From positions 1-64,000 of the forward strand of contig JBHLOC010000003.1 of NCBI GenBank assembly GCA_048940925.1: DNA of 64,000 bases, read 5' to 3'. Position 1 is the first letter of the stretch, and each line of letters opens with the position of its first letter. Positions 1-10,499 of the stretch are shown here, piece by piece. This DNA is from Promethearchaeota archaeon (GTDB lineage Archaea > Asgardarchaeota > Lokiarchaeia > Sigyniarchaeales > SOKP01). The notes beneath the pieces are model-generated. The model saw nothing but the letters and a program-made list of their open reading frames with translations. It was not told the origin of the DNA and made no database searches. Both the position numbers and the translations under genes were made by a program.

Positions 1-98
1 GATAATATTTGTATTTGATTAAAATCAAAATTGAAATAAATTTTTATACAACTAAAAGATAATAATATTATTTAAAGTAATAAAAAAATTGACTAATT

Positions 99-947
99 AT
101 GTTATTTCAAGAAGTATTCGAATATTTTGGATTTTGGGACGCCTTGGAAATGGGACTCTATTTTGTAATAGTAGGTTACTTTTTCCTTCTGTTTTTTTAC
201 TTTCTTTTCATAAGATTTCGAACTTCTAAAAAGTTATATTGGTTATTTTTTAGTGTATTATTTTTATGTTTAGGAATTGGACGCATATTTTTCATTGTAT
301 ATTACTTTTTTGCCCCAGAATTATATACAGAGACTAATGATGCTGAAGTAGTGGCTTTCCTAATGTTTAACTATCGAATGGCTACATTTTTTACTTGGAT
401 TGGAATAGCAAGTGCAGTAGGTGTTTTAGGAATATTACTTTTTCCACCTGATACAGAAAAAGTAGATTCAGAGACATCAGTTAAAGATTGGTTCAGGAAT
501 AAAAGTAATATTAAATATTTAATTCGATTAGGGCTTATAATAATACCGGTTATAATTGGAATACTTGCTTTAACATTGTCTGATAGTTTGTTCATTGATC
601 CTGATTTCTTGGATACATATGATATTACTATAAACCCAATAACGGTAAATATTGGAGGGTGGGAATATCCTATTGGCAGATTACTTTTGAATTTTGTATT
701 TTTACCAATATTCGTGGCATTAATTCCTTTTATCTTTCTTTACCTTGCGTGGAAAACATTCGGTGTTTTAAGAAAGTCTTATGCATTGAATGCTATTGGA
801 TTCTTTCTTTACTTTATTGGTAGGATATCCCAAGGGGTTTTAGATATTGCAGGACTACCACATGTTGGCGCGATATTACCACCATTGTTAATTTTATTAT
901 CGCTCCTCCTTATGGTAATTGCTAATAACTATGAACAATTAAAATAA
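99..947 (+). CDS. Multi-pass (~7 TM) membrane protein, weakly similar to 56546 and 59201
   Basis: 282-aa ORF with about 7 hydrophobic segments; motif after TM5 (KTFGVLRKS..G) resembles KKFSDSMLKKKW..G in 56546. Confidence 0.7.
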   Translation: MLFQEVFEYFGFWDALEMGLYFVIVGYFFLLFFYFLFIRFRTSKKLYWLFFSVLFLCLGIGRIFFIVYYFFAPELYTETNDAEVVAFLMFNYRMATFFTWIGIASAVGVLGILLFPPDTEKVDSETSVKDWFRNKSNIKYLIRLGLIIIPVIIGILALTLSDSLFIDPDFLDTYDITINPITVNIGGWEYPIGRLLLNFVFLPIFVALIPFIFLYLAWKTFGVLRKSYALNAIGFFLYFIGRISQGVLDIAGLPHVGAILPPLLILLSLLLMVIANNYEQLK

Positions 948-1130
948 AGTGAATTCCTTTTATTTTTTCATATATTTTTGGAATATTCATTTTAATATTT
1001 ACATAAATTTATTAGATAAAGATATTGTTTAGAATTCAATTTCAAAAAGATTAAAATTTTAAAACTGAGTCTCTTTAAATTTAATATATTGAAATGATAT
1101 AATAAATCGAAAAAGAATAAAAGATATTTT

Positions 1131-2765
1131 ATGACAGTTCATGGGAATCAATATTTATTGCCTTATTTTATCAACAAAGTCACAGGTCGCCAAACAATTC
1201 AAGGAAATGATGAATTATCCCTTTCATTTTATCTTTTAACAAAAGACTTAGGGAAAAAGCATAAAATTATTTCTTTTTCAAGACTTTTATGGCCAATCTT
1301 AAGTATTCAAGGTGTAATTAGTACCCATATAATGTTAGATGGAATAACACTACTTAACAAAATAGGTAGAATAACAAATCCACCACGACAACCTATGGTA
1401 GGTCATATTCTTAGAAATATTGAAAATAGGACTAAAATTGAGCAATTGAAAAAATTGATAGATGTGTTAACATATAAAGATATTGAAGCAAAAGAAATAG
1501 GAGAAGGAGAAGAATCTGAATTTCAAAACTTACAAATCAAAGGGTTGATTAGTCCTGATTTTCTCCAAGCTTTAATTAATATTATTCCTTTGATTGAATA
1601 TAACCCTATTTCTGATTATATAGTGTTAGATACATCCATAACGACTGAAAATGCGTTAAATATCACAGAAAAATATAGAGAAATAATTAATACTATGAAA
1701 GGTAATGCATTAAGATGGAAAACTCAAATAGACTTAATAGAAAAAGAAGTTTCAAAATGGCTAATAGATTTGAATGTTCAATTAAAAGACGTTGAATCAA
1801 GATATTCAAGTCAAATCACAAAAACCTCCTCTACAATAGATCCAAACCTGGTTGATCAACAACTAAAATTAGAACAAGATAAAATTGATCAATGGAGTGT
1901 TAATGAGAAAAAAAATATAATTGAGAATATTATAACTCTATTTAAAACGTCTGAAAGGCAACTTGAAGAAATTATTAAAAAAAACAAATTTTTTACTTCA
2001 GGAGATTCATTAAAAAGTAAAGTTTATGAAGATGTTATACCTCATTTTGAGAATCATTTTGTTTATTTAAAGGAAGAAATAATGAAGTTCTTAAAGTCTC
2101 TGGAATCCTTAAATCAAAGATTCATTGAATTAAAACAACGTGGACTGAAAGTCGATGATGATGCAAAAAGAAAATTGACAGAATATAGGGAGACTATTAA
2201 AATGATGTTGCAAGACAGAGATAAATTATTATCTGAGGTTGAAAGTGAAAAAGAGGTAAAAATTTCTGAATTGTATGTTATAAAAGAGCATATTGAAAGT
2301 CTATTTAATGAAATCAAAAATATTGTCCAAATAAAATATAATAATTGTCTACAAGAAGCTCAAGAACTAACATCTTGGTCCTTAAATGATAATCGAACAG
2401 AATTATTTTCTAGGCCTATTCAATGGATTTATATCCCTTTTTATGCAATAATTTTTGAAGATGAGAGTAACTTTGAAGAGTATATGCATTTACTACTTCC
2501 TGGATATATAACTAATAACCCAAATGCAATATATGAAGAAATTTCAGATCAATTCGTAAGTTTGAAGAATTTGGTATATGAAAAATTTGAAAGCGATATG
2601 GCTACTAGGTCAAATTTTGAATTTTCTTGTGAAAGGAATAATTTAATTAAAGATCCAAATATTAGGAAAAAGTTTCAACTAGGTCTTTCAAAATTAAGAG
2701 AAAAAGGACTCATAAACGACGATATTGAAAAGAAAGTGAAAGAATATATTAAATTTTACACTTAA
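1131..2765 (+). CDS. Hypothetical protein with long central coiled coil
   Basis: 544-aa ORF; K/E/Q/L heptad-rich middle flanked by globular ends. Confidence 0.7.
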   Translation: MTVHGNQYLLPYFINKVTGRQTIQGNDELSLSFYLLTKDLGKKHKIISFSRLLWPILSIQGVISTHIMLDGITLLNKIGRITNPPRQPMVGHILRNIENRTKIEQLKKLIDVLTYKDIEAKEIGEGEESEFQNLQIKGLISPDFLQALINIIPLIEYNPISDYIVLDTSITTENALNITEKYREIINTMKGNALRWKTQIDLIEKEVSKWLIDLNVQLKDVESRYSSQITKTSSTIDPNLVDQQLKLEQDKIDQWSVNEKKNIIENIITLFKTSERQLEEIIKKNKFFTSGDSLKSKVYEDVIPHFENHFVYLKEEIMKFLKSLESLNQRFIELKQRGLKVDDDAKRKLTEYRETIKMMLQDRDKLLSEVESEKEVKISELYVIKEHIESLFNEIKNIVQIKYNNCLQEAQELTSWSLNDNRTELFSRPIQWIYIPFYAIIFEDESNFEEYMHLLLPGYITNNPNAIYEEISDQFVSLKNLVYEKFESDMATRSNFEFSCERNNLIKDPNIRKKFQLGLSKLREKGLINDDIEKKVKEYIKFYT

Positions 2766-2787
2766 TCTTTGTTTTTTACTTCTAAAC

Positions 2788-3474
2788 ATGCCAAGTTCTA
2801 AAATAGAAGGGAAAAAAAAGTTAGACATTAAAAAAAGGAAAATTAGAGCTTTTTTTCTATCAATAGAAACCAAAAAGAAGAAAAAGGAAATTATAGATGA
2901 GGCAACAGAAGAACTCTATCAAGATGGAATGATATATTATCAAATGAGATTACCTGTTGGAAGCATTACTAAAGAATTTGAAAACAAATTGAAAGAAAAA
3001 ATTGGACATAATATCATTCAAGCCAAAATCAGAGAAGCCACTATAAAAGATCTCGACACTCTTAAAAATATTTATAATCGGGCTTGGCTTACTAGTAATA
3101 CTCCCTTCAGACCAATTAGTAAAACCGATCTTCAAAAAATCTTAGAATATCCTGATACGATTTTTTTAATAGCAAGAGTATATGGAGTAGATGCTGCTTT
3201 TGTATTGCTAGATTTTGAAGGTGAGAATAAAAAGTATGCAATAATAGCTGCATTAGCAGTTACACCTAGATTTCAGAGACGTGGATTGGGAACAATTTTA
3301 GCAGTTAATATATGGAATTTTTTAAAAAGAAATTATAGTAATGTTGAGGAAATTAGATGTGAAGTTTATAAAGATAATAAGGTTTCATATAGATTTATTA
3401 AAGGCATTGGTTTTGAAGAATATGATAAAAAAGTTTATAAGGTAGAAGATTTTGAGGTAGAAGATAATCACTAA
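2788..3474 (+). CDS. GNAT family N-acetyltransferase
   Basis: Motif A AVTPRFQRRGLGT; N..S..F.K.IGF motif B. Confidence 0.85.
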   Translation: MPSSKIEGKKKLDIKKRKIRAFFLSIETKKKKKEIIDEATEELYQDGMIYYQMRLPVGSITKEFENKLKEKIGHNIIQAKIREATIKDLDTLKNIYNRAWLTSNTPFRPISKTDLQKILEYPDTIFLIARVYGVDAAFVLLDFEGENKKYAIIAALAVTPRFQRRGLGTILAVNIWNFLKRNYSNVEEIRCEVYKDNKVSYRFIKGIGFEEYDKKVYKVEDFEVEDNH

Positions 3475-3505
3475 TATGTGTATATAGTTTTAACCCATAT
3501 TTTTT

Positions 3506-4948
3506 TTAATAAGGGAAACTATTATCACTATTTATTATTGATTTTATTTTTTTATCCAGTAAATTTACATTATAATCATCATCTAGTTCTTTATAATGAA
3601 TTCTTGCATTATCGAAATTTTTCAATGCTAAATCATTCAATCCTCTATTAAAGTATATATCGCCAATTTTATTAAGAATTATAGCTGCCTCTTGAATATA
3701 TCCTTTTTCTTCGTAAATATTTAATGCTTCTTCGAAATAATTTAACGCTTCTGTATAATTTTCTATAAATTCTAAAAATAATTTACCAACTTTAAATTTT
3801 AGATTTGCGTTTTTATCGTCATATCCAAATCTATAAAAAATTTCACTTGATAAATTATAATATTCAATTGCTCTTTCAATTTCTCCTTTTGTTATATAAA
3901 ATTCTGCTAAATTTTCTAAAATATCACCTTCATATATATTATCACCGATTTCAAATATACGAACAGCCTCAAGACTTTTAAGCAAAAAATTCTCCGCTTT
4001 AGTTGAATCATTCCATAAGATAAATAATTTTCCTAAATAAAAATAGCATTCCCATTCTAATTTAGATTTTAGATAAATAGATATTTTTTCTTTTACTTTA
4101 TCAATCAATTCTAATGCTTTATTTAAATGATTATATGCAAGATCATAATCTTTCCCAATGAGATAAAATAATTTCCCATACTTAATATCTGATTGAATTA
4201 TGCCATAAATATCAGCTTGTTCTTTGAAGAATTCGACGTTCCTTGTTAATATTCTTTTAATTCGCTCATAGTCTTTTAGCAAATAAAGAACTTCTATTAG
4301 ATTACTAGAAGATTTTATTTCCTCATAAAATAGATTTTCTTGCTTAGATATATTAATAGCTTCTTGGTAATATTCATAAGAATGCTCTAAATCTCTGATA
4401 ACAAAATATATATTTCCTAGATTATTTAAAATTTTAATAACTTTTTCTGTTTCTTTTAGATCTTTAAGTATTTCAAGAGATCTATTGAAATGATAGATTG
4501 CTTGGTCAAAAAACCCAGTATCTTCCTGAATCAGACCTATTTCATTATGACATATGGCTATATTCAGCAGTTCATTATCTTCTTTAAAATTTTTTAATGC
4601 TAACTCAAGACTCTTCAATGCATTAGTAAAATCTCTTTTTTTATAATATAGACTCGATTTTTTTATTAATAATTCACCAGGTATAGGCTCACCTAATAAT
4701 TCTTTACTTGATAACTTATCATCAATTTCTTGGATAATTTGATTAATTTCTTCATCATCTAAACTAGATTTAGAATTAATTTCTTCTTCTCCTTCTAAAT
4801 CAATATAAGGAACTTCTAATTCTTCATAAGATGCTTTTAATTTTTTGCGATATACATCTTGTAAATTTGATATTAAGGGTTTTTCACATGATTTACAATA
4901 AAACCAATTATCTTCGATTGGTGATTGACAATATGGACATTTTTTCAT
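3506..4948 (-). CDS. TPR protein with N-terminal zinc ribbon
   Basis: CPYC..CKSC, then repeated TPR units (e.g. LNNLGNIY, AIEYYNLS). Confidence 0.85.
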   Translation of the reverse strand: MKKCPYCQSPIEDNWFYCKSCEKPLISNLQDVYRKKLKASYEELEVPYIDLEGEEEINSKSSLDDEEINQIIQEIDDKLSSKELLGEPIPGELLIKKSSLYYKKRDFTNALKSLELALKNFKEDNELLNIAICHNEIGLIQEDTGFFDQAIYHFNRSLEILKDLKETEKVIKILNNLGNIYFVIRDLEHSYEYYQEAINISKQENLFYEEIKSSSNLIEVLYLLKDYERIKRILTRNVEFFKEQADIYGIIQSDIKYGKLFYLIGKDYDLAYNHLNKALELIDKVKEKISIYLKSKLEWECYFYLGKLFILWNDSTKAENFLLKSLEAVRIFEIGDNIYEGDILENLAEFYITKGEIERAIEYYNLSSEIFYRFGYDDKNANLKFKVGKLFLEFIENYTEALNYFEEALNIYEEKGYIQEAAIILNKIGDIYFNRGLNDLALKNFDNARIHYKELDDDYNVNLLDKKIKSIINSDNSFPY

Positions 4949-5019
4949 ATATTAGAGAAAACCTAATTTATAATTTAAAATTCTGAATAAAAAATGGGAA
5001 TATCTTTATTTATAATTAT

Positions 5020-5736
5020 TTAATTCAATCTTTTAATAATTTCAATTACCTCAGAAATTCTCTTAATTGCATAATCAGGTTTTATTTCTTCTGAATTTTG
5101 GTAGTTAGAATCATTTATCCATACTGTTCTCATATTGCACTTTTTAGCTCCCTTAACATCTGTTTCTAAGATATCTCCAATATGAATTATATTAGAAGGT
5201 TTACAGTTAAATTCTTTTATCACAGTTTTAAATAAAATCGAGCATGGTTTATAGAATCCTATCTCATCAGAAAAGACTAAAATTTGAAAAAGATTAAGAA
5301 TATTATATTTTTTTAAGACTTTTTTTATAATCTTACCTGGAGTAATTCCTGTATTTGAAACAAGTCCAAATTTATACTTAGAAGATAGTGTTTCTAATGT
5401 TTGCTTAACGTCTGTTTTTAAAGATGGGGGATTTGATAACATAACATTCTCAAATTCATCTATTATCACTTTTTTGTCTGAATTTGTTAATCTAATACCT
5501 AAAATTTTAAGTACTTCAGAAATTCGTTCTTCTGTATAAATGTGTCGATAATTAATTTTTTCTAAATTAATATTAGATAAATTTAACCCAAAATTAAATG
5601 CCTTCCTTATATTCTCCCGAGAACAAGATATTTTCCTCACTTTTAGAAATTCGGTAAAAATTTTTAATCGAATATTTGTATAAAATTTATTTTCAAATAG
5701 AGTATTCCATAAATCAAATGTAATTGCTTCAATCAA
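5020..5736 (-). CDS. HAD-superfamily hydrolase
   Basis: FDLWNTL motif I, SN motif II, KP, HIGD...DVKGA motif IV. Confidence 0.9.
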   Translation of the reverse strand: MIEAITFDLWNTLFENKFYTNIRLKIFTEFLKVRKISCSRENIRKAFNFGLNLSNINLEKINYRHIYTEERISEVLKILGIRLTNSDKKVIIDEFENVMLSNPPSLKTDVKQTLETLSSKYKFGLVSNTGITPGKIIKKVLKKYNILNLFQILVFSDEIGFYKPCSILFKTVIKEFNCKPSNIIHIGDILETDVKGAKKCNMRTVWINDSNYQNSEEIKPDYAIKRISEVIEIIKRLN

Positions 5737-5926
5737 TGCCTTTCTAGTGAATACTATTGTATTGTATAAATAAATTCAATAAATTTTTTAATATTGTTTG
5801 TTAAAAAGAATTCGTTTTAACCGAACTTTTCAAGAAAGTATGACAGATATTTAATTTTTCCAAAATTAATAAAAAAGACCAATTTTTTTTGATTCTATAA
5901 AAAAATATATTAGTTAGTGAAAAGAA

Positions 5927-6076
5927 ATGGATGATAAATTGTTTAGAAAGACTTATCTTTATATTTGTGATAACTGTCATAACTTTGATCATACGGAACA
6001 TCAGTATTGCGATAAGTGTGGTTCAGAAGACTCCCTAAGAAAAGCTCAAAAACAAGATTACAAATTATATCATTAA
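5927..6076 (+). CDS. 49-aa zinc-ribbon microprotein (not in ORF track)
   Basis: Own translation: MDDKLFRKTYLYICDNCHNFDHTEHQYCDKCGSEDSLRKAQKQDYKLYH*; two CxxC pairs; GTGA upstream of ATG. Confidence 0.75.
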   Translation: MDDKLFRKTYLYICDNCHNFDHTEHQYCDKCGSEDSLRKAQKQDYKLYH

Positions 6077-6254
6077 TAAATTAAAAAATAGAAGGATATT
6101 TGATAAGCTTATTTCTATCTTGAAATATCAAATATAATTTATGTGATTAAAAAATTAATCTAAGATTTCTAAATAATTGGATAATTTTTACTATAAAAAT
6201 TAATTATTTTTATGACATTGGCTTATTCATATTTATATCAAGTTAAAAAAATAA

Positions 6255-7043
6255 TTGAAATTGAGTAAAAATATGGATGATCAGATAATTTATAAAACTA
6301 ATAAAGGAGTATATCACATTGTTTTGAACCGACCAGAGAAAAGGAATGCACTTACAAGAATAATGTATGCTGGAATTGCTGATGGTATAGCGAAGGCTGA
6401 AAATGATCCAGATATAAGAATAATTTTAATTTATGGTAATGGAAAATGTTTTTGTGCTGGAAATGACTTAAAAGATTTTCAGGATCTTGACCGAACCTCA
6501 GGTACTAGGTCATCAAGGAATATGACGGAAGAGATCATTAAAGCTAAGAAACCAATATTAGCAGCAGTTCACGGATATGCAGTCGGAATTGGGGTAACTA
6601 TGTTATTGCACTTCGATTTAGTCTACGCGGAAAAAAGTTGCAGATTTCAATTTCCATTTGTAAACTTAGGTTTAGTGCCCGAATTTGGCTCTACATTTCG
6701 TCTTCCTCAATTAATTGGTTATCAGCGCGCAGCAGAATTATTTTTCTTTGGAGATTGGTTTACTGCTCAAGAAGCTGAAAAAATGGGGATTATAAATAAA
6801 ATCTTCTCTGAAGAGCATTTGATAACTAAGGTAATTCTTTTAGCAGAAAATTTAGCTGAAAAACCTCCAACAGCTCTACAAAAAACTAAAGAATTAATTA
6901 AAAAGTATTATATAGAATTGGTACAAAAATTTATGCCAGAAGAAGGAGCGGAATTTGTAAGAAGACAAATATCCCCCGAAGCCCAAGAAGCATTTAGAGC
7001 ATTCTTTGAGCGTAGAAAACCAGATTTTTCAAAATTTTCATAA
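6255..7043 (+). CDS. Crotonase family, enoyl-CoA delta-isomerase-like
   Basis: LNRPEKRNAL, FCAGNDL, AVHGYAVGIG, LGLVPEFG. Confidence 0.85.
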   Translation: MKLSKNMDDQIIYKTNKGVYHIVLNRPEKRNALTRIMYAGIADGIAKAENDPDIRIILIYGNGKCFCAGNDLKDFQDLDRTSGTRSSRNMTEEIIKAKKPILAAVHGYAVGIGVTMLLHFDLVYAEKSCRFQFPFVNLGLVPEFGSTFRLPQLIGYQRAAELFFFGDWFTAQEAEKMGIINKIFSEEHLITKVILLAENLAEKPPTALQKTKELIKKYYIELVQKFMPEEGAEFVRRQISPEAQEAFRAFFERRKPDFSKFS

Positions 7044-7048
7044 ATAGG

Positions 7049-7966
7049 TTACTTTCTATTTTTTTCATACATTTTTAATTCTTCTGAAATGTGTTTATCC
7101 TGTAAACCAAGTGAATTTAACAGCAGATGTAACTGAATTTTTGCATTTTTTGCTTTAATTTTATTTGCTAAATGTAAAGCTTTGATATATTGATCTTTTG
7201 CTTGTTTAATTTCTCCCAAATAAAAAAGAGTTTCACCGACATAACTCAATCCTCTAATAATTAATTCAGAAAAATTTGAATCAATTGCTTTGTTAGTACC
7301 TTTTTTAAAATATCTGAGAGCTTGCTCATAATGGCTGTTTCTCTTTTCAAGTATTCCTAAGTTAAAATAAGAAGTAATAATTCCCTTACTATCACTAATC
7401 TCTTTAAACGCTTTTAAAGATTTTTTGTACAATTCATAGATAATATCCCAGTTCTCCATTTTTTCCTGAATAAAAATGAGATTCCCTAAGCATTCTAATA
7501 AATTATAGATATCATTGTTATCTGAACAAATCGCACTACAATCTAAGAATATTTCACAAGCATCATCTAATTTATTTAATTTGATATAACTATTTCCGAT
7601 TCCTATTAAACAAGTAATTTGTTCTTGAACTTGTTTCAATTCTTCATAGATTTTATAGGATTTTTCATAAGATTCAATAGATCTTTGATATTCACCCTTT
7701 TTAAAAAATAAAGTGCCTAATACACCATAAACTGCTGCTTGACCTAATCGGTCTTTTTGTTTTTTAAAATGATTTAAACAGATAATGTAATTGTATTCTG
7801 AGTCTCTAAATTCATCCAATTGCAACTGGATTAAAGCAATATCGCTTAATTCTTTAATATAGTTTGAATTTTTACCAACTTTTTCTAATTCTTTTAAATT
7901 TTCCAGCTTTTTAGTTAAAAGTTGCTGTAATTCCTCATTTTTAATTTTATTTTCATATTCTGACAT
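7049..7966 (-). CDS. TPR protein
   Basis: Repeated ~40-aa helical units (LGTLFFKKGEYQRSIE, YFNLGIL). Confidence 0.85.
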   Translation of the reverse strand: MSEYENKIKNEELQQLLTKKLENLKELEKVGKNSNYIKELSDIALIQLQLDEFRDSEYNYIICLNHFKKQKDRLGQAAVYGVLGTLFFKKGEYQRSIESYEKSYKIYEELKQVQEQITCLIGIGNSYIKLNKLDDACEIFLDCSAICSDNNDIYNLLECLGNLIFIQEKMENWDIIYELYKKSLKAFKEISDSKGIITSYFNLGILEKRNSHYEQALRYFKKGTNKAIDSNFSELIIRGLSYVGETLFYLGEIKQAKDQYIKALHLANKIKAKNAKIQLHLLLNSLGLQDKHISEELKMYEKNRK

Positions 7967-8006
7967 AAAAATTTTATATAAGTAGTATTTCCTTTATTCA
8001 TTCAAT

Positions 8007-8441
8007 TTATAATATTTCTTCTAATATCAATGCAGAATCTTTTACATATTGAAGGCATTTCTTTTCAAAAAAATCATTCTGATCGTAATACTCTTTTCCT
8101 TCAATTGTATTAATATCACAACCAAGTAATTCCTTACAAATTAAAGAGCCATGAATTTCTTGAAATCTATTTGAAAAATCTCTTATAACTTGATACGTCT
8201 TTTCTCTTGTTTCTGTATCATCATTTATCCCCATACCGTATCTTAAGCCTATAACCATAAAAGCTCCAGATACTGCACCACATGTATTTTGTAATCGTCC
8301 CATTCCGCCTCCAAATCCAGTAGCTAATCTTAGTGCTGTATCTTTATCTAATCCATATTGAGTGGCAAAAGAACTTAATATTGATTGAGCACAATTAAAA
8401 TCTCCTCTAAAAGAAGATATAACTTTTTCTACTTTGGACAT
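8007..8441 (-). CDS. C_GCAxxG_C_C family putative redox protein
   Basis: NCAQS, GFGGGMG, TCGAVSG, CKELLG, KC. Confidence 0.9.
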   Translation of the reverse strand: MSKVEKVISSFRGDFNCAQSILSSFATQYGLDKDTALRLATGFGGGMGRLQNTCGAVSGAFMVIGLRYGMGINDDTETREKTYQVIRDFSNRFQEIHGSLICKELLGCDINTIEGKEYYDQNDFFEKKCLQYVKDSALILEEIL

Positions 8442-8544
8442 TTTGAATAACTCCTTATTATTATGATTATTACATTTTAAAGGTATAAGAAATATAAAAT
8501 TTCGTAACTATTATATACCTAGTGATGCATTAAGCAAATATTCA

Positions 8545-9675
8545 ATGATTAAAGGTAAGAGTATGAAATTAAAAGCGAAATTATTTGACAAATTAGATGA
8601 TAAGAAAGTTAAATGTCATGTATGTGCCAATGAATGTGTAATACTTCCTGATAAGGTAGGGATATGTAGAACTAGGAAAAATTTTGATGGAGAATTATAT
8701 ACATTAATTTATGGTTCAATGATATCATCAGGAAGTTTGGATCCTATTGAAAAGAAACCACTCTATAATTTCTGGCCTGGTGCTACAGCATATTCCATTG
8801 CATCAATAGGGTGCTCGTTTCGATGTCAAAATTGCCAGAATTGGTCGATAAGTCAGGCTAATCCTACAGATAATGGAAAAAATGGTTTTTACGATTTAGA
8901 AGAATATAAAGGAAGAGGTATGTCTTTAGTTGAAATGACTCCTCAGCAATTGGAAAAAAGAGTGGTTAAAAGTGGAGCTAAAACTCTTGCTTATACATAT
9001 AATGAACCTTTAATATGGCATGAATGGATTCTAGATACTGTTCCTCTTTTAAAAAAGCATGATATTAAAACTATTTTAGTAACAAATGGATATTCAACAC
9101 CAGAAGCTTCAAAAGAGCTTGTTGAAGTAGGAATTGATGCTGCTAATATTGATATTAAAGCAATGTCAGATCAGTTTTATAAAAGAATTTGTGGGGTTCC
9201 ATCTGTTCAACCTGTTTTGGATACAGCTAAATATTTCAAATCTAATGGCATTCATGTTGAAATTACTAATTTAGTCATCCCTGATTGGAACGATAGTAAA
9301 GAAGATATTAAAAAATTATGTAGTTGGATTGTGGATAGTTTGGGAAATAACACTCCTACTCATTTTTCTGCCTACCATCCTGATTTTAAAATGCCATCTA
9401 ATAAAAGAACTCCCTATGAAACTCTAAATATTGCATATAAAATAGCAAAAGATTCAGGACTTTATTTTCCTTATGTCGGAAATATAGCTCATGAGGAAGG
9501 AGGTAACACCTATTGCCCTAATTGCCATTATTTATTACTAGAAAGAAGAGGATATAGCTTCAAAAAAATTGATATTACTCATGAAAAAAATTGTCCTAAT
9601 TGTAATTATAATTTAGATAATGACATTATAGGTGAAATAAATAAAACTCCTTCACATCGATTTGCTTTTCTCTAA
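8545..9675 (+). CDS. amrS: AmmeMemoRadiSam system radical SAM enzyme
   Basis: DPIEKKPLYNF, CSFRCQNCQNW (CxxxCxxC), YTYNEP, C-terminal CPNC pairs. Confidence 0.9.
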   Translation: MIKGKSMKLKAKLFDKLDDKKVKCHVCANECVILPDKVGICRTRKNFDGELYTLIYGSMISSGSLDPIEKKPLYNFWPGATAYSIASIGCSFRCQNCQNWSISQANPTDNGKNGFYDLEEYKGRGMSLVEMTPQQLEKRVVKSGAKTLAYTYNEPLIWHEWILDTVPLLKKHDIKTILVTNGYSTPEASKELVEVGIDAANIDIKAMSDQFYKRICGVPSVQPVLDTAKYFKSNGIHVEITNLVIPDWNDSKEDIKKLCSWIVDSLGNNTPTHFSAYHPDFKMPSNKRTPYETLNIAYKIAKDSGLYFPYVGNIAHEEGGNTYCPNCHYLLLERRGYSFKKIDITHEKNCPNCNYNLDNDIIGEINKTPSHRFAFL

Positions 9676-9714
9676 GAATGTAAAGAAAAAAAATAAAGCT
9701 TTATTTTATGGTAA

Positions 9715-10377
9715 CTAGAACAATCCTGTAATAGAAATTCCAACTACTAATAGTAAAAATCCTTGGATTAAACAGAGAGCCGCGACTATAAAAGCAAAAG
9801 GAGGCCACGAGATTATTTTTGAAGCGGTCATTAATCCCCCTATATAGAATTTCACTAAAATTGCTACTACAGCAAAAACTATGATGAATAATATTATGAA
9901 AAACCATTTTGGATCAAAATGAATCGCAATATGTTGGACAAGCACATCAGGGATTACTGAGGCTACTACAATTGCTACAGCACTGGCAGCTAAAATTCCA
10001 ACCACGCTTGCTATTGGCAAGTCATTTAAAGGTTTTAAAAATGTGAATACACCAATGACAATTAGAAAAATTGATGTAAAAATACTTCTACCATCTCCTA
10101 TAAAAGCTACACTTGGTTTTATGTCTAATATTAACCCTCCTACACCAGAAAGTATACCAAAAATACCCACAATAAATCCTAAATAAGTTAATCCTTTTAA
10201 AAATTTGGTAACTTTAAGATCGTAGTCTTCAGTTTTTCTTTTCTTGAAACCTCCTCTTCTTTTTGCCTCATATAATGCAAAGATAATCCAAATAATCCCA
10301 AGAACCAAAATAATAAAGGCAGCAAATTTTGCTAATGGTTCCAAAAAATTTGCAGTAAAATCCCATTGAAACATCAT
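9715..10377 (-). CDS. Hypothetical membrane protein
   Basis: 220 aa with about 6 hydrophobic segments. Confidence 0.7.
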   Translation of the reverse strand: MMFQWDFTANFLEPLAKFAAFIILVLGIIWIIFALYEAKRRGGFKKRKTEDYDLKVTKFLKGLTYLGFIVGIFGILSGVGGLILDIKPSVAFIGDGRSIFTSIFLIVIGVFTFLKPLNDLPIASVVGILAASAVAIVVASVIPDVLVQHIAIHFDPKWFFIILFIIVFAVVAILVKFYIGGLMTASKIISWPPFAFIVAALCLIQGFLLLVVGISITGLF

Positions 10378-10499
10378 ATATTTTCACTCATTAAATTAGA
10401 AATTATTATATTATTATGTTAAAGATTATTTAATAAATATATTAAATTAATGAAGTCCAGTTTTTAATATTAACAATTAAAGAATTAAGGAATTATATT

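Noticed and set aside
5801-6001. Track ORF, 66 aa, minus strand
   Set aside because: Shadow of the plus-strand zinc-ribbon ORF; no recognisable features.
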